DNA of 64,000 nucleotides from Syntrophales bacterium (GTDB lineage Bacteria; Desulfobacterota; Syntrophia; Syntrophales; PHBD01): NCBI GenBank assembly GCA_963668175.1, contig OY764159.1, positions 3,648,001 to 3,712,000 of the forward strand, read 5' to 3'. Shown piece by piece: positions 38,967 to 47,334 of this stretch (position 1 is its first letter; each line of letters starts with the position of its first letter). The notes under the pieces were generated by a model. It saw only the letters and a program-made list of their open reading frames with translations, ran no database searches and was not told where the DNA came from. The position numbers and the translations under genes were made by a program.

Positions 38967-40384
38967 TGGCCGCAAAGAAGAGCGGAACGGCGAAGGCGGC
39001 GGCCCCCTCGCGGGGCCGCTTCGTCAATACGGGCGACGGCCCATCCCTCCATCCTATCGACATCGGACACCCGGAGTACATGGCCCTCGTCGATCCCGAC
39101 ACGGCTTTCTGGTCTCTGGTGCACCGGTCAAAACTGGCCGATATCCTCTCGGACGGCAGACTGGCCTCAAGCTATGCGAAGAAACGAGGGACGTTTGCCC
39201 GGGAGATGGATATACTGCGATTCGGGCTGAAACCGTCGGCGGTTTATTTCAATCCCACCGAACGGTGCAACATGAATTGCACCTACTGCTATATCCCCGC
39301 GAAGATGCGTCGGAAGGGCAAACATATGCCGGAGCGGAAACTGTTGCAAGCCCTGGAAATACTTAAGCAGCACTTCCATAAGACCCTTCCCAAGGGTTCC
39401 GTGCCCCAGATCATCTTTCACGGAGCCGAACCGCTTTTGAACCGGGACGCCGTCTTTGCCGGTATCGAGGCCTACGGCCGAGATTTTGCCTTCGGCATCC
39501 AGACCAATGCGACTCTGCTCGACAGCGCCGCCGTAAATTTTCTAACAAGCCGCCGGGTCAGCATCGGCATCTCCCTGGATGCCCCCACGGCCGCCGTCGC
39601 CAACCGGACCAGGAAGACCTGGGGCGGCCGCGGCACGTTTGAAGAAGTAAACGAGGCTATGGAGCGCCTCAGGGGCTACGACGGATGGAGTGTCATCTGC
39701 ACAGTAACAGGCGCCAATCTCCGTCACCTCACCGGTATGATCGATTATTTCCACGGCCGGGAGGTTCCAACCTGCCTCATGAACATCCTGCGCTGCACCC
39801 TGGCGCCTTCCCGCAGCCTCAAGCCCGCCGACCGGACAGCAGCCCGATATTTCCTTGCGGCCCTCGACCGGAGTTACGAACTTTTCGAGCAGACGGGCCG
39901 TAAATTGATCGTCGGCAATTTTGCCAATATCTTACTTGCCATTGTTGCACCGGCAGCCCGGCGGTTGATGTGCGACATCTCGCCCTGCGGCGGAGGCCGC
40001 TGCTTCTTTGCGCTCGCCCCCGGAGGCGATCTTTTCCCGTGCAGCGAATTCATCGGTCTTGACCGCTTCCTGGGTGGAAACATCTTCCAGGACGACCTCT
40101 CCGGCGTTCTGCAATCGGAGCCATTCCAGATGGTCACCGGAAGGAAGGTTGAAAATATTGAACCATGCCGCCATTGCGCCATCCGCCATTTCTGCGGATC
40201 GCCATGCCCTGCCGAGGCTTATGAAATGAACGGCGGCATGGACCAAAGGGGTGCCTTCTGCGAATTTTACGAGGAGCAGACGCAATACGCCTTCCGCATC
40301 ATCGCCGACGGCAAGGCCGATGCCTTTCTGTGGGACGGGTGGGATAAGGGATTAAGGGATTCTTTCCGGCTCGACGCCGACTGA
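38966..40384 (+). CDS. cbpB: Peptide-modifying radical SAM/SPASM enzyme CbpB-like
   Basis: CNMNCTYC, FHGAEP, QTNATL, SLD; SPASM cysteines PCGGGRC...PC...CRHC...FCGSPC...FC. Confidence 0.85.
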   Translation: MAAKKSGTAKAAAPSRGRFVNTGDGPSLHPIDIGHPEYMALVDPDTAFWSLVHRSKLADILSDGRLASSYAKKRGTFAREMDILRFGLKPSAVYFNPTERCNMNCTYCYIPAKMRRKGKHMPERKLLQALEILKQHFHKTLPKGSVPQIIFHGAEPLLNRDAVFAGIEAYGRDFAFGIQTNATLLDSAAVNFLTSRRVSIGISLDAPTAAVANRTRKTWGGRGTFEEVNEAMERLRGYDGWSVICTVTGANLRHLTGMIDYFHGREVPTCLMNILRCTLAPSRSLKPADRTAARYFLAALDRSYELFEQTGRKLIVGNFANILLAIVAPAARRLMCDISPCGGGRCFFALAPGGDLFPCSEFIGLDRFLGGNIFQDDLSGVLQSEPFQMVTGRKVENIEPCRHCAIRHFCGSPCPAEAYEMNGGMDQRGAFCEFYEEQTQYAFRIIADGKADAFLWDGWDKGLRDSFRLDAD

Positions 40385-40438
40385 TGGAAGATGGGACCCG
40401 GAGGATACAATGATATGCTGCAAGGAAAGCCCTAGCCG

Positions 40439-43177
40439 CTATTCCGGACGATCCAGTTCTTTTCTGATCTCCGCTCCAATCTTCTCCAGCATATACGGCT
40501 TTCGGACAAAGGCGCCGGCCCCCAGCGCCTGAACCTTTCTGACGCGGTCCGTTTCGGAGAAACCGCTCACGATGACGGCTTTCTGCCGGGGACGAATGGA
40601 CAGGATCGCCTCGTAAGTATCCAATCCATCCATGCCCGGGTCCATGATCATATCCAGAACGACGAGGTCGACCTGATGTTCCTGCAAAAAGGAGACCGCT
40701 TCCTCTCCGCTGGCTACGGCCGTCGCCCGGTAGCCCAACCGCTCCAGCATGCTCAGCGCCACTTCTCTCTGTGCCGCCACATCGTCCACAACCAGAATCC
40801 GCTCCCCTTTGCCCATACATGAAACGAGAGGCGCCGTATCCTGATCCTTCGTCTTCTCTTCCCGGGTAACGGGAAAATAGAGCGTAAAGGTGCTGCCCTT
40901 TCCTTCTTCGCTCTGAATGTCGATGTATCCGTTATGGTCCTTCACGGTCCCCCAGACGACGGAAAGTCCCAGACCGGTGCCGCTTCTCCCCATGACCTTT
41001 TTCGTATAAAAAGGCTCAAATATCTTCCCGAGGTCCTGGCTCGGGATGCCGCTGCCCGTGTCGGACACCTTCAGGACCGCGTAGTCCCCTTCCTTCAATT
41101 CGTCATAACCGCCGACAGGCTGATCCAGGTAGCAGTTCATCGTTTGGATCGTAACCTCGCCTTCGTCCGAGATGGCCTCGGCGGCGTTGGACACGAGGTT
41201 CATCAGGGCCTTGCCGAGGTGCACGGAAGAACCTTTGATGTTCATGAGACCTTCACCCAAATCGGTCCATATTTTCACCCCCGGGTGATAGGATTTCATT
41301 TTTTCGAACTCGGGCGATTTGAGATAATCAAAAATGACCCTGTTCAGGTCGAGGACCTCCGATATCGTCACGCCTCTTCTGGCCAGGGTCAGGAGATCCT
41401 GGATGATGGCTGCTCCGCGAATACTGGACTGGAGAATGCTGTCGGCATACCTTCTCAGCGGACTGTCTTGCGGAAGTTTCTCCTTGAGTAATTCCGCATA
41501 GCCGACAAGGACGCCCAGTATGTTATTGAGATCGTGGGCCACGCCCCCGGCCATTCTTCCCAGACCCTCCATTTTTTCGGCACGATTCAGACGTTCTTCG
41601 AGCTTTCTGCGGGCCGTGTCGTCCCGGATACATTCGATCGCGGCAATGATCTCGCCTTTTGTATCGCGCAGGACCGTGGCCGTGGAGGAAAGGTGGACAT
41701 CTCCGGGCGGCAGGGCCGCGGCGAAAGACTCCCCTAATAGGACATCCCCGACCCGCTGGATAACCGTGTATTGTTTTTCTCTTTCCCTGTTCGGAAGAAG
41801 GGCAAGATCGATCAGGATAGGCCTTCGCTCTCCGTATAACGGCAACGCGTATTCATAGTTCCCCTTGCCGATCATGTCGGCCGCCTTGATCCCCGTCAAG
41901 GATTCAATCGCACGATTCCAGGCTATCACCGTGCTTTCCCTGTCGATAACCAGGGTGGCGTCCGGCAGGAATTCGATGATCTGCATCAGCCGCTGCCGCG
42001 AATCCCTCAGCTCGTCTTCCGCTCTCCTGCGTTCCTCGATGTCCGTGGCCAGGGAATGGGCCATCTCGTCAAAGGACTTCGCCAGGAGGCCCAGTTCACC
42101 TTCATCATAAGGAACGCCCGTTCTGACGTCCAGTTCTCCCTTCCCGAAACGCTGCGCCGCCGACACCAGGCTTTTGATCTTCGCAGCAATTGCCACATTA
42201 CCGAAATACAACGCCAACAAGAGAGAGGCAATCATGGCCGCAAGAAGCAGGGCAAGGCTCTTCATCAGCGATCGGTTGGCGCTGGCGAGGGCTTGATCCA
42301 CAGAGACGCCGGCCAGGACCGTCATATACGGCGGCTCATTATCCTTTAACCGGAGTTGGCGGAATGCATAGAGCCGGCGCGTACCGTCGGAACCCGCCGT
42401 CACATAGTTGCCCTCCAATACTTTTCCCACGGCGGCTTTGAGAGACTCACCCGCCGTCGGAGTGCCGACGCCCGTTACCTTGCTTTCCGTATCGGGATAC
42501 CGGAAAAGCCTGATTCCCTTGTGATCGGTTATCCCGATGACGAAGCCTTCTTTGATCAATTCCGTGGGCAATGCACTCGCATACTGGTCAAGCATAAAGC
42601 CTATGACCAAAACGGCAGTTACCCGGCTTTTCCTGTCGAGAACGGGGTAGCTGAAGTGTATAGATGGAATTTTCGCCGTCCTTCCAATCACGTATTCGCC
42701 GACGGAGAAATCCTTCGTTCTTAAGGTGTCCAGAAAGTATTTCCGGTCATGAATTCTGTCGGGGTTAAAAGGAAGCGAACAAGCATAAGGAGATCCGTCA
42801 GGCAGGGCGAGAAGTACAATTGAATAGAAGTCGTTCTGCTGATGGATCCTCTTTAAGATAGCTGCACTCGACTCGCGATCCAGTCGTTGGATCTCCGGCA
42901 TCTGGGCCAGGGATCGAAGGGTCTGACGGATACCGTTGGTGATTTCGCTCTGCTGCGCAGCAATACTCCGCGTCAGAGCCAGGACCCGCTCTTCGGCGAT
43001 CTTGATATCGTCATTGCGCCGTTCGTAACCCGAATAGAGCATGATGCCCAACGCAGGAAGCATGACGAGCAGATAGAGGCCGATCAGGCGACTCCGGATT
43101 GTTGTGAAATACTTGCGCACAGCGTCCACCCGTATAATAGGTCCGATTAACGCTAACACAGGTGACAAGATATTCAA
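40439..43177 (-). CDS. Cache-HAMP-PAS hybrid sensor histidine kinase/response regulator
   Basis: Two TMs flanking a Cache-like domain (DRKYF, GEYVIGR), HAMP (ELGLLAKSFDEM), PAS, AHDLNN H-box, receiver. Start uncertain. Confidence 0.92.
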   Translation of the reverse strand: MNILSPVLALIGPIIRVDAVRKYFTTIRSRLIGLYLLVMLPALGIMLYSGYERRNDDIKIAEERVLALTRSIAAQQSEITNGIRQTLRSLAQMPEIQRLDRESSAAILKRIHQQNDFYSIVLLALPDGSPYACSLPFNPDRIHDRKYFLDTLRTKDFSVGEYVIGRTAKIPSIHFSYPVLDRKSRVTAVLVIGFMLDQYASALPTELIKEGFVIGITDHKGIRLFRYPDTESKVTGVGTPTAGESLKAAVGKVLEGNYVTAGSDGTRRLYAFRQLRLKDNEPPYMTVLAGVSVDQALASANRSLMKSLALLLAAMIASLLLALYFGNVAIAAKIKSLVSAAQRFGKGELDVRTGVPYDEGELGLLAKSFDEMAHSLATDIEERRRAEDELRDSRQRLMQIIEFLPDATLVIDRESTVIAWNRAIESLTGIKAADMIGKGNYEYALPLYGERRPILIDLALLPNREREKQYTVIQRVGDVLLGESFAAALPPGDVHLSSTATVLRDTKGEIIAAIECIRDDTARRKLEERLNRAEKMEGLGRMAGGVAHDLNNILGVLVGYAELLKEKLPQDSPLRRYADSILQSSIRGAAIIQDLLTLARRGVTISEVLDLNRVIFDYLKSPEFEKMKSYHPGVKIWTDLGEGLMNIKGSSVHLGKALMNLVSNAAEAISDEGEVTIQTMNCYLDQPVGGYDELKEGDYAVLKVSDTGSGIPSQDLGKIFEPFYTKKVMGRSGTGLGLSVVWGTVKDHNGYIDIQSEEGKGSTFTLYFPVTREEKTKDQDTAPLVSCMGKGERILVVDDVAAQREVALSMLERLGYRATAVASGEEAVSFLQEHQVDLVVLDMIMDPGMDGLDTYEAILSIRPRQKAVIVSGFSETDRVRKVQALGAGAFVRKPYMLEKIGAEIRKELDRPE

Positions 43178-43535
43178 AGCTCGAATCTTATCTTCTGCCT
43201 GGTGCGATAAGGATCAGCGGGGGGCACCCGATGGATTTATGAACGCTTTATCCATAGTTCAGACGGTTCTTTCCTTGCCGATTCGGCTTGAACCAAGCTG
43301 ACGCTAATTGACATTCCTTTCGTCATCGTGTATGCGGAACTGCATAACGCACCATGAAGAATGCTGTAACAGCGTTGTGTGCCGCGATGATCGGCACGGA
43401 AACTTCTATCAACGCGGCCTGCCGAATCGGCCGGGAACGATGCCGGATTTTTTTAACGGCGGACCGGCCGGCAAGACAGTCGTTGCTTAAACCCCATTGG
43501 GGATCGTACGCCATTATCGCCTGAGGGATGATCAA

Positions 43536-44051
43536 ATGAGTAAAGCTTATACGCGATACGTGATCCCGATGATCGTGATTCTTGTGGCAGCCCTGACGGC
43601 AGGCTGCAGCCGACATGCGCGGCCTGAATACAGCGGCCACCCGGTCATCTACTGCGGATGGCTGGATCTCAAAGAAGGCGACTATAAGAAAGTCGGTTAT
43701 CAATCGCGCGCGGAATGGAAAATCATCATCGAACGCATCAATGTCTATTTTCTTCAAAAGCACATAACGGATTACTGCGGTTCATTCAAGGTCATCGGGG
43801 CCGCCGGCAGGGCGGAAACGCCTCCGGCCAACGCCTATCATATCAAATTCAATGTAATCCGCCTCGACGAGGGGGCAACGACCATGACCGTCGAGGTTAA
43901 AATCATCGACAGCGACAGCAGGCGAACGCTCACAACGTTTACGGTCTCGCCGTCCGGTGTCCGGTCCATGGCCGGCGTAACCTTCATGGGCCGCATGTCC
44001 ATGATGTGCCAACAGATCGCCGAGGCTGTATCCGTCCGGCTTTACGAATAA
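43536..44051 (+). CDS. Hypothetical lipoprotein
   Basis: Lipobox TAGC after a hydrophobic stretch. Confidence 0.75.
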   Translation: MSKAYTRYVIPMIVILVAALTAGCSRHARPEYSGHPVIYCGWLDLKEGDYKKVGYQSRAEWKIIIERINVYFLQKHITDYCGSFKVIGAAGRAETPPANAYHIKFNVIRLDEGATTMTVEVKIIDSDSRRTLTTFTVSPSGVRSMAGVTFMGRMSMMCQQIAEAVSVRLYE

Positions 44052-44251
44052 AACCGGATATACACATACAGAAAAGCTCCTTCCGCCACCTGCCGCCCCT
44101 TTCTAATCTTCATAATATGGCACGCGCCTTAATATCGGTGTTTTCTTTTTCTTAACCGGAAAAGTTATCGGACAAACACGGATACAGGCCCCGTCATTAT
44201 TCTGAAGAAACATCCATCGATATTCCCATATCAATTTCAGACGCCTCCCGA

Positions 44252-44280
44252 TTGTTAAAGGAAGGGACCTTCTTTACATT
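44252..44280 (+). promoter_or_regulatory. Candidate sigma70 promoter of the tandem peptide genes
   Basis: TTGTTA-N17-TACATT, followed by an A-rich leader. Confidence 0.4.
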
Positions 44281-44317
44281 ATAGACGAAAAGAAAAAGAA
44301 AAAAAGATGCGAGGCGC

Positions 44318-44431
44318 ATGAAGGGAACGAAAAAGACACAAAAGAAAACGAAAGACGAGAAGCGCCGCCCCTGTAAAAAAGGTGGGATATGGATTGATCC
44401 CATGAGCTTCCCGAACTTGGATGGTTTATAA
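44318..44431 (+). CDS. Small Lys-rich peptide 1 (37 aa), not in ORF track
   Basis: MKGTKKTQKKTKDEKRRPCKKGGIWIDPMSFPNLDGL; GAGG only 3 nt upstream; shares W-x-D-P-x3-P...GL with peptide 2. Confidence 0.55.
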   Translation: MKGTKKTQKKTKDEKRRPCKKGGIWIDPMSFPNLDGL

Positions 44432-44461
44432 GCGTAGTATGGCAGAAAAGGAGAAAAGAGC

Positions 44462-44572
44462 ATGAAGAAAACGACTCCCAAGAAGAGAGAGAAGAGCATC
44501 GAAAAGAAACAGATTAACAAAGGATGGAACGATCCGACCTGCACTCCGATGGACATCACCAAGGGGTTGTAA
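44462..44572 (+). CDS. Small Lys-rich peptide 2 (36 aa), not in ORF track
   Basis: MKKTTPKKREKSIEKKQINKGWNDPTCTPMDITKGL; AAGGAG RBS 8 nt upstream; followed by a terminator. Confidence 0.65.
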   Translation: MKKTTPKKREKSIEKKQINKGWNDPTCTPMDITKGL

Positions 44573-44601
44573 CAGGACGGCCTAATGTATTCCCAGGGGC
44601 T

Positions 44602-44659
44602 GGAGAGAGGCCGCCATATATAATTGTCGTCGCAATTGTGTGGCCTCTCTCCCTTTTTT
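44602..44659 (+). terminator. Intrinsic terminator after the peptide pair
   Basis: GGAGAGAGGCC (44602-12) pairs with GGCCTCTCTCC (44642-52), inner TAATTG/CAATTG stem, then T6. Confidence 0.7.
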
Positions 44660-44710
44660 AAGCCTCTGTTTGGGCAGGGCCTATCGGGTGCTGTCCGGAA
44701 GGTAAATAAA

Positions 44711-44893
44711 ATGAGAGACAAATTTGATGAATTCCTGGAAAGGCTGGAAGGGCCTCTCCCCGAACCGAAAACGAAGCAGCTGATGGAAACGATCATCGGT
44801 GTCCAGACAGCCTGTTCTGGGTTAGCCTATTGCTGTGCCGATTTTACCGCTCATCTCTTAAGCTCGTCCTCACCCTGTTTCGGCCGTCGATAA
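44711..44893 (+). CDS. Possible small protein (60 aa, 4 Cys)
   Basis: MRDKFDEFLERLEGPLPEPKTKQLMETIIGVQTACSGLAYCC...; GGAAGG upstream; no recognisable family. Confidence 0.3.
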   Translation: MRDKFDEFLERLEGPLPEPKTKQLMETIIGVQTACSGLAYCCADFTAHLLSSSSPCFGRR

Positions 44894-45143
44894 GCAGGCC
44901 GTTTGCACAGAGAATCATTTCCCGTTTATCGATAGATCGTTTTTACCCGCCGTGAAATCGGGTATCAGGGAAAGTTGCGTCATGCAAGTACGATTCGTCC
45001 CGCAGCAATCGTCTGTTTATAAACATCTTGTCCACAGCATTGTCAACAAGGAACAAGAAAAGACAGCAATCTTGACGGGATGAATAATGCTTGCCGGAAT
45101 ATAAGGCTGGTATGACTTTCCCGCCTATGTCGGCATATCCGTT

Positions 45144-46214
45144 TCATCGGTTATAGTTCCCATTCAAAAGCGTTATAACCGTCCTGTCGATAAGTATCTG
45201 CAATCCGGAAGTCTTTCCTGGTATGACCACACCGCTGCCTTGAAAAGCACTCTTCGCTTCTCTGTCCCGTAATCTGATAACGATATTGCGGATGAGAATA
45301 TCGGAACCCGGTTCGGCCAATTTGCGCCAGCTTTTTGTCATGTTCCTGGCGAAACTGCCGGAATAAGAAAATTCAACGCGATTTAGAGCCAGACTCTGTT
45401 TATACAAGTCAAACTCACTCTCCTCTTTAAGGACCTCCCAGAAAGTCTTGCCTCCGGCATAAAGAGTGGAAAGCGTTAAGTTGGCGAGAAATGAGGCCCC
45501 CTGAACGATAGACATCGCAGTCTGGCCGCCGATTTCAGCCGCCTTGGAAATGCCCTGATCCTTCTTCTGTTCCTGCATTCGGGCCGGATTCACTTCCAGG
45601 ATTATGGCGATCTCAAGTTCCTGATTGTTGTTTTTGATGTATTTGCTGTAGTTTGAGGCAATCTCCTGCAAAATCGGCACATCCCGGCGCAGAGTATCGA
45701 CGAGAGACTCGATTTCATAGCCGGGTGGAAGCGTCAGATCACCCCGATCACGCTGAGTCTTAACGGCCATGTAAATGTTGGGCTGATCCCTCTCGACGCG
45801 GATGTCGACATGATAGAATAAATAATTTCGCAGGACAACCGTATTGTCGGCGTAAACCGACAAATCCACCAATATTTCTATACCCTTGCAATGCCGATAA
45901 TTGGTTTCAAGATTACAGAGGGGGGAGCCGGAACCGACGGGACGATAAAGCTGCGGATAGGCCTTGCGGAGAAGCTTTTCCAGTTCGACGAGGTTGAAAT
46001 CCTTTAACTCCGGATCCTTCGTCTTCTCCCGGGACAAATATTCGGCAAGTGTTCCTTGCCCGGAGGGGAGAAATTTCAGGTGATAGCTCCCGGGGTTCGA
46101 CAAGGCCGTATCCCGGTACACTTTGGCGACAGGCGTCCTCCCCTTGGTCGCACATGCGGCCATCAAGGCAGACAGAATAAGGAAAAGCAGAAGTCGCCCC
46201 AGCACTCTGACCAT
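45144..46214 (-). CDS. Hypothetical lipoprotein
   Basis: Lipobox MAAC after a hydrophobic stretch; long ORF. Confidence 0.75.
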   Translation of the reverse strand: MVRVLGRLLLFLILSALMAACATKGRTPVAKVYRDTALSNPGSYHLKFLPSGQGTLAEYLSREKTKDPELKDFNLVELEKLLRKAYPQLYRPVGSGSPLCNLETNYRHCKGIEILVDLSVYADNTVVLRNYLFYHVDIRVERDQPNIYMAVKTQRDRGDLTLPPGYEIESLVDTLRRDVPILQEIASNYSKYIKNNNQELEIAIILEVNPARMQEQKKDQGISKAAEIGGQTAMSIVQGASFLANLTLSTLYAGGKTFWEVLKEESEFDLYKQSLALNRVEFSYSGSFARNMTKSWRKLAEPGSDILIRNIVIRLRDREAKSAFQGSGVVIPGKTSGLQILIDRTVITLLNGNYNR

Positions 46215-46402
46215 GACTGTACGGTCTAACCAACCATTATCATTAATGAACAACAATAACAGAGTAACAGTATTTACCCGACGATCCCCTCTTCAAGGAA
46301 CAGTCAGAAGAGCTCGGGGATGCGACAGGCCGCCGCCGCGTTAATAACGAATGGTCACGAAACGAAAAGAAGCTTAATTATAATATAAGGTTTTAAAAAA
46401 AT

Positions 46403-47050
46403 TTAGGGATTCTTCCCCTGTCCCTGCCGGATCAGTTTGCCGTCGCGCAGGCTTTTTACCACTTCAGCGGACAATGATGCAGCGAGACGTCCGCTCATGA
46501 TGTATTCCTTGCCGGGGGAACCCCGCTTGATCGTCTCGGCATGAAGTCTCCAGATGAGTTTCCCCGATGCCGTATCGTACAGGCTGCATTCCGCGACAAC
46601 ATCTTCGACTTCAAACGAATATGCAAGCAGCGGAGCCTGCTGCATCGACTCCATGTAGAGCTCGGCCGGAACATCCGGGGTCGGCGCAAAGCGCTCCCAG
46701 TCTTCCTTCTCCTTCACGCTTATCAAGCGGATGGTCAGTACGGCGTCGCTTTTCAATCGTATCGCCTCTGTGCGTCCCTTCTCAGCGGTGAAAGTGCTGC
46801 CCGGAGATACGGCACTGAACGATACGGATTGCACGCCGTACTCCCGAAACCTGGAGACGAAACTGTCTTCCAACTGCCGTGTATCGAAGGGATAATTCAC
46901 ACCTGCGACCAGAATGTTTCCTGCATACCGCCCCTCAAACGTGCTGTTTCTCCATGTATCGATCGTCTTCGTAGCGCTGCACGATGAAAAGAGAAGAAGA
47001 CTTGTGACGGCAATAAGGGCGGTCTTCCTGATCCATACGTTCATATCCAT
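46403..47050 (-). CDS. Hypothetical lipoprotein (DUF4136-like)
   Basis: Lipobox FSSC; W......ILV.G...R.LED.F and LYD..SGKLIW pattern. Confidence 0.75.
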   Translation of the reverse strand: MDMNVWIRKTALIAVTSLLLFSSCSATKTIDTWRNSTFEGRYAGNILVAGVNYPFDTRQLEDSFVSRFREYGVQSVSFSAVSPGSTFTAEKGRTEAIRLKSDAVLTIRLISVKEKEDWERFAPTPDVPAELYMESMQQAPLLAYSFEVEDVVAECSLYDTASGKLIWRLHAETIKRGSPGKEYIMSGRLAASLSAEVVKSLRDGKLIRQGQGKNP

Positions 47051-47334
47051 CCTTCTTTCTTGACGAGTTCTAAAACCATGCCGCGGACGATCCGGTTGCG
47101 TCCCCTTTTTGAACATCTGTGACGACGAACCTGATGACGCGGCCGAGGAAGTCAACGTTGCCTTTACGATATCCAGGTTATAAGAGCCTCCGTTTCCTAT
47201 TTATAACACAGTTATCTACAGAATTCAGCTACTCAAATCATTCTGTGTACGGATATTGAGACGAAGAAGGGGCAACGCGTCTGCCCGTCGAAGGCCGACA
47301 TCCTTCATCAACCGCACACAGACAGATCATCGGA

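Noticed and set aside
44118..44133. TGGCAC sigma54-like -24 element upstream of the peptide pair
   Set aside because: The -12 element reads TTAA and lacks the essential GC.
44197..44796. 199-aa Phe-rich minus-strand ORF
   Set aside because: It is the antisense shadow of the A-rich Lys-codon peptides; RBS and terminator signals support the plus strand.
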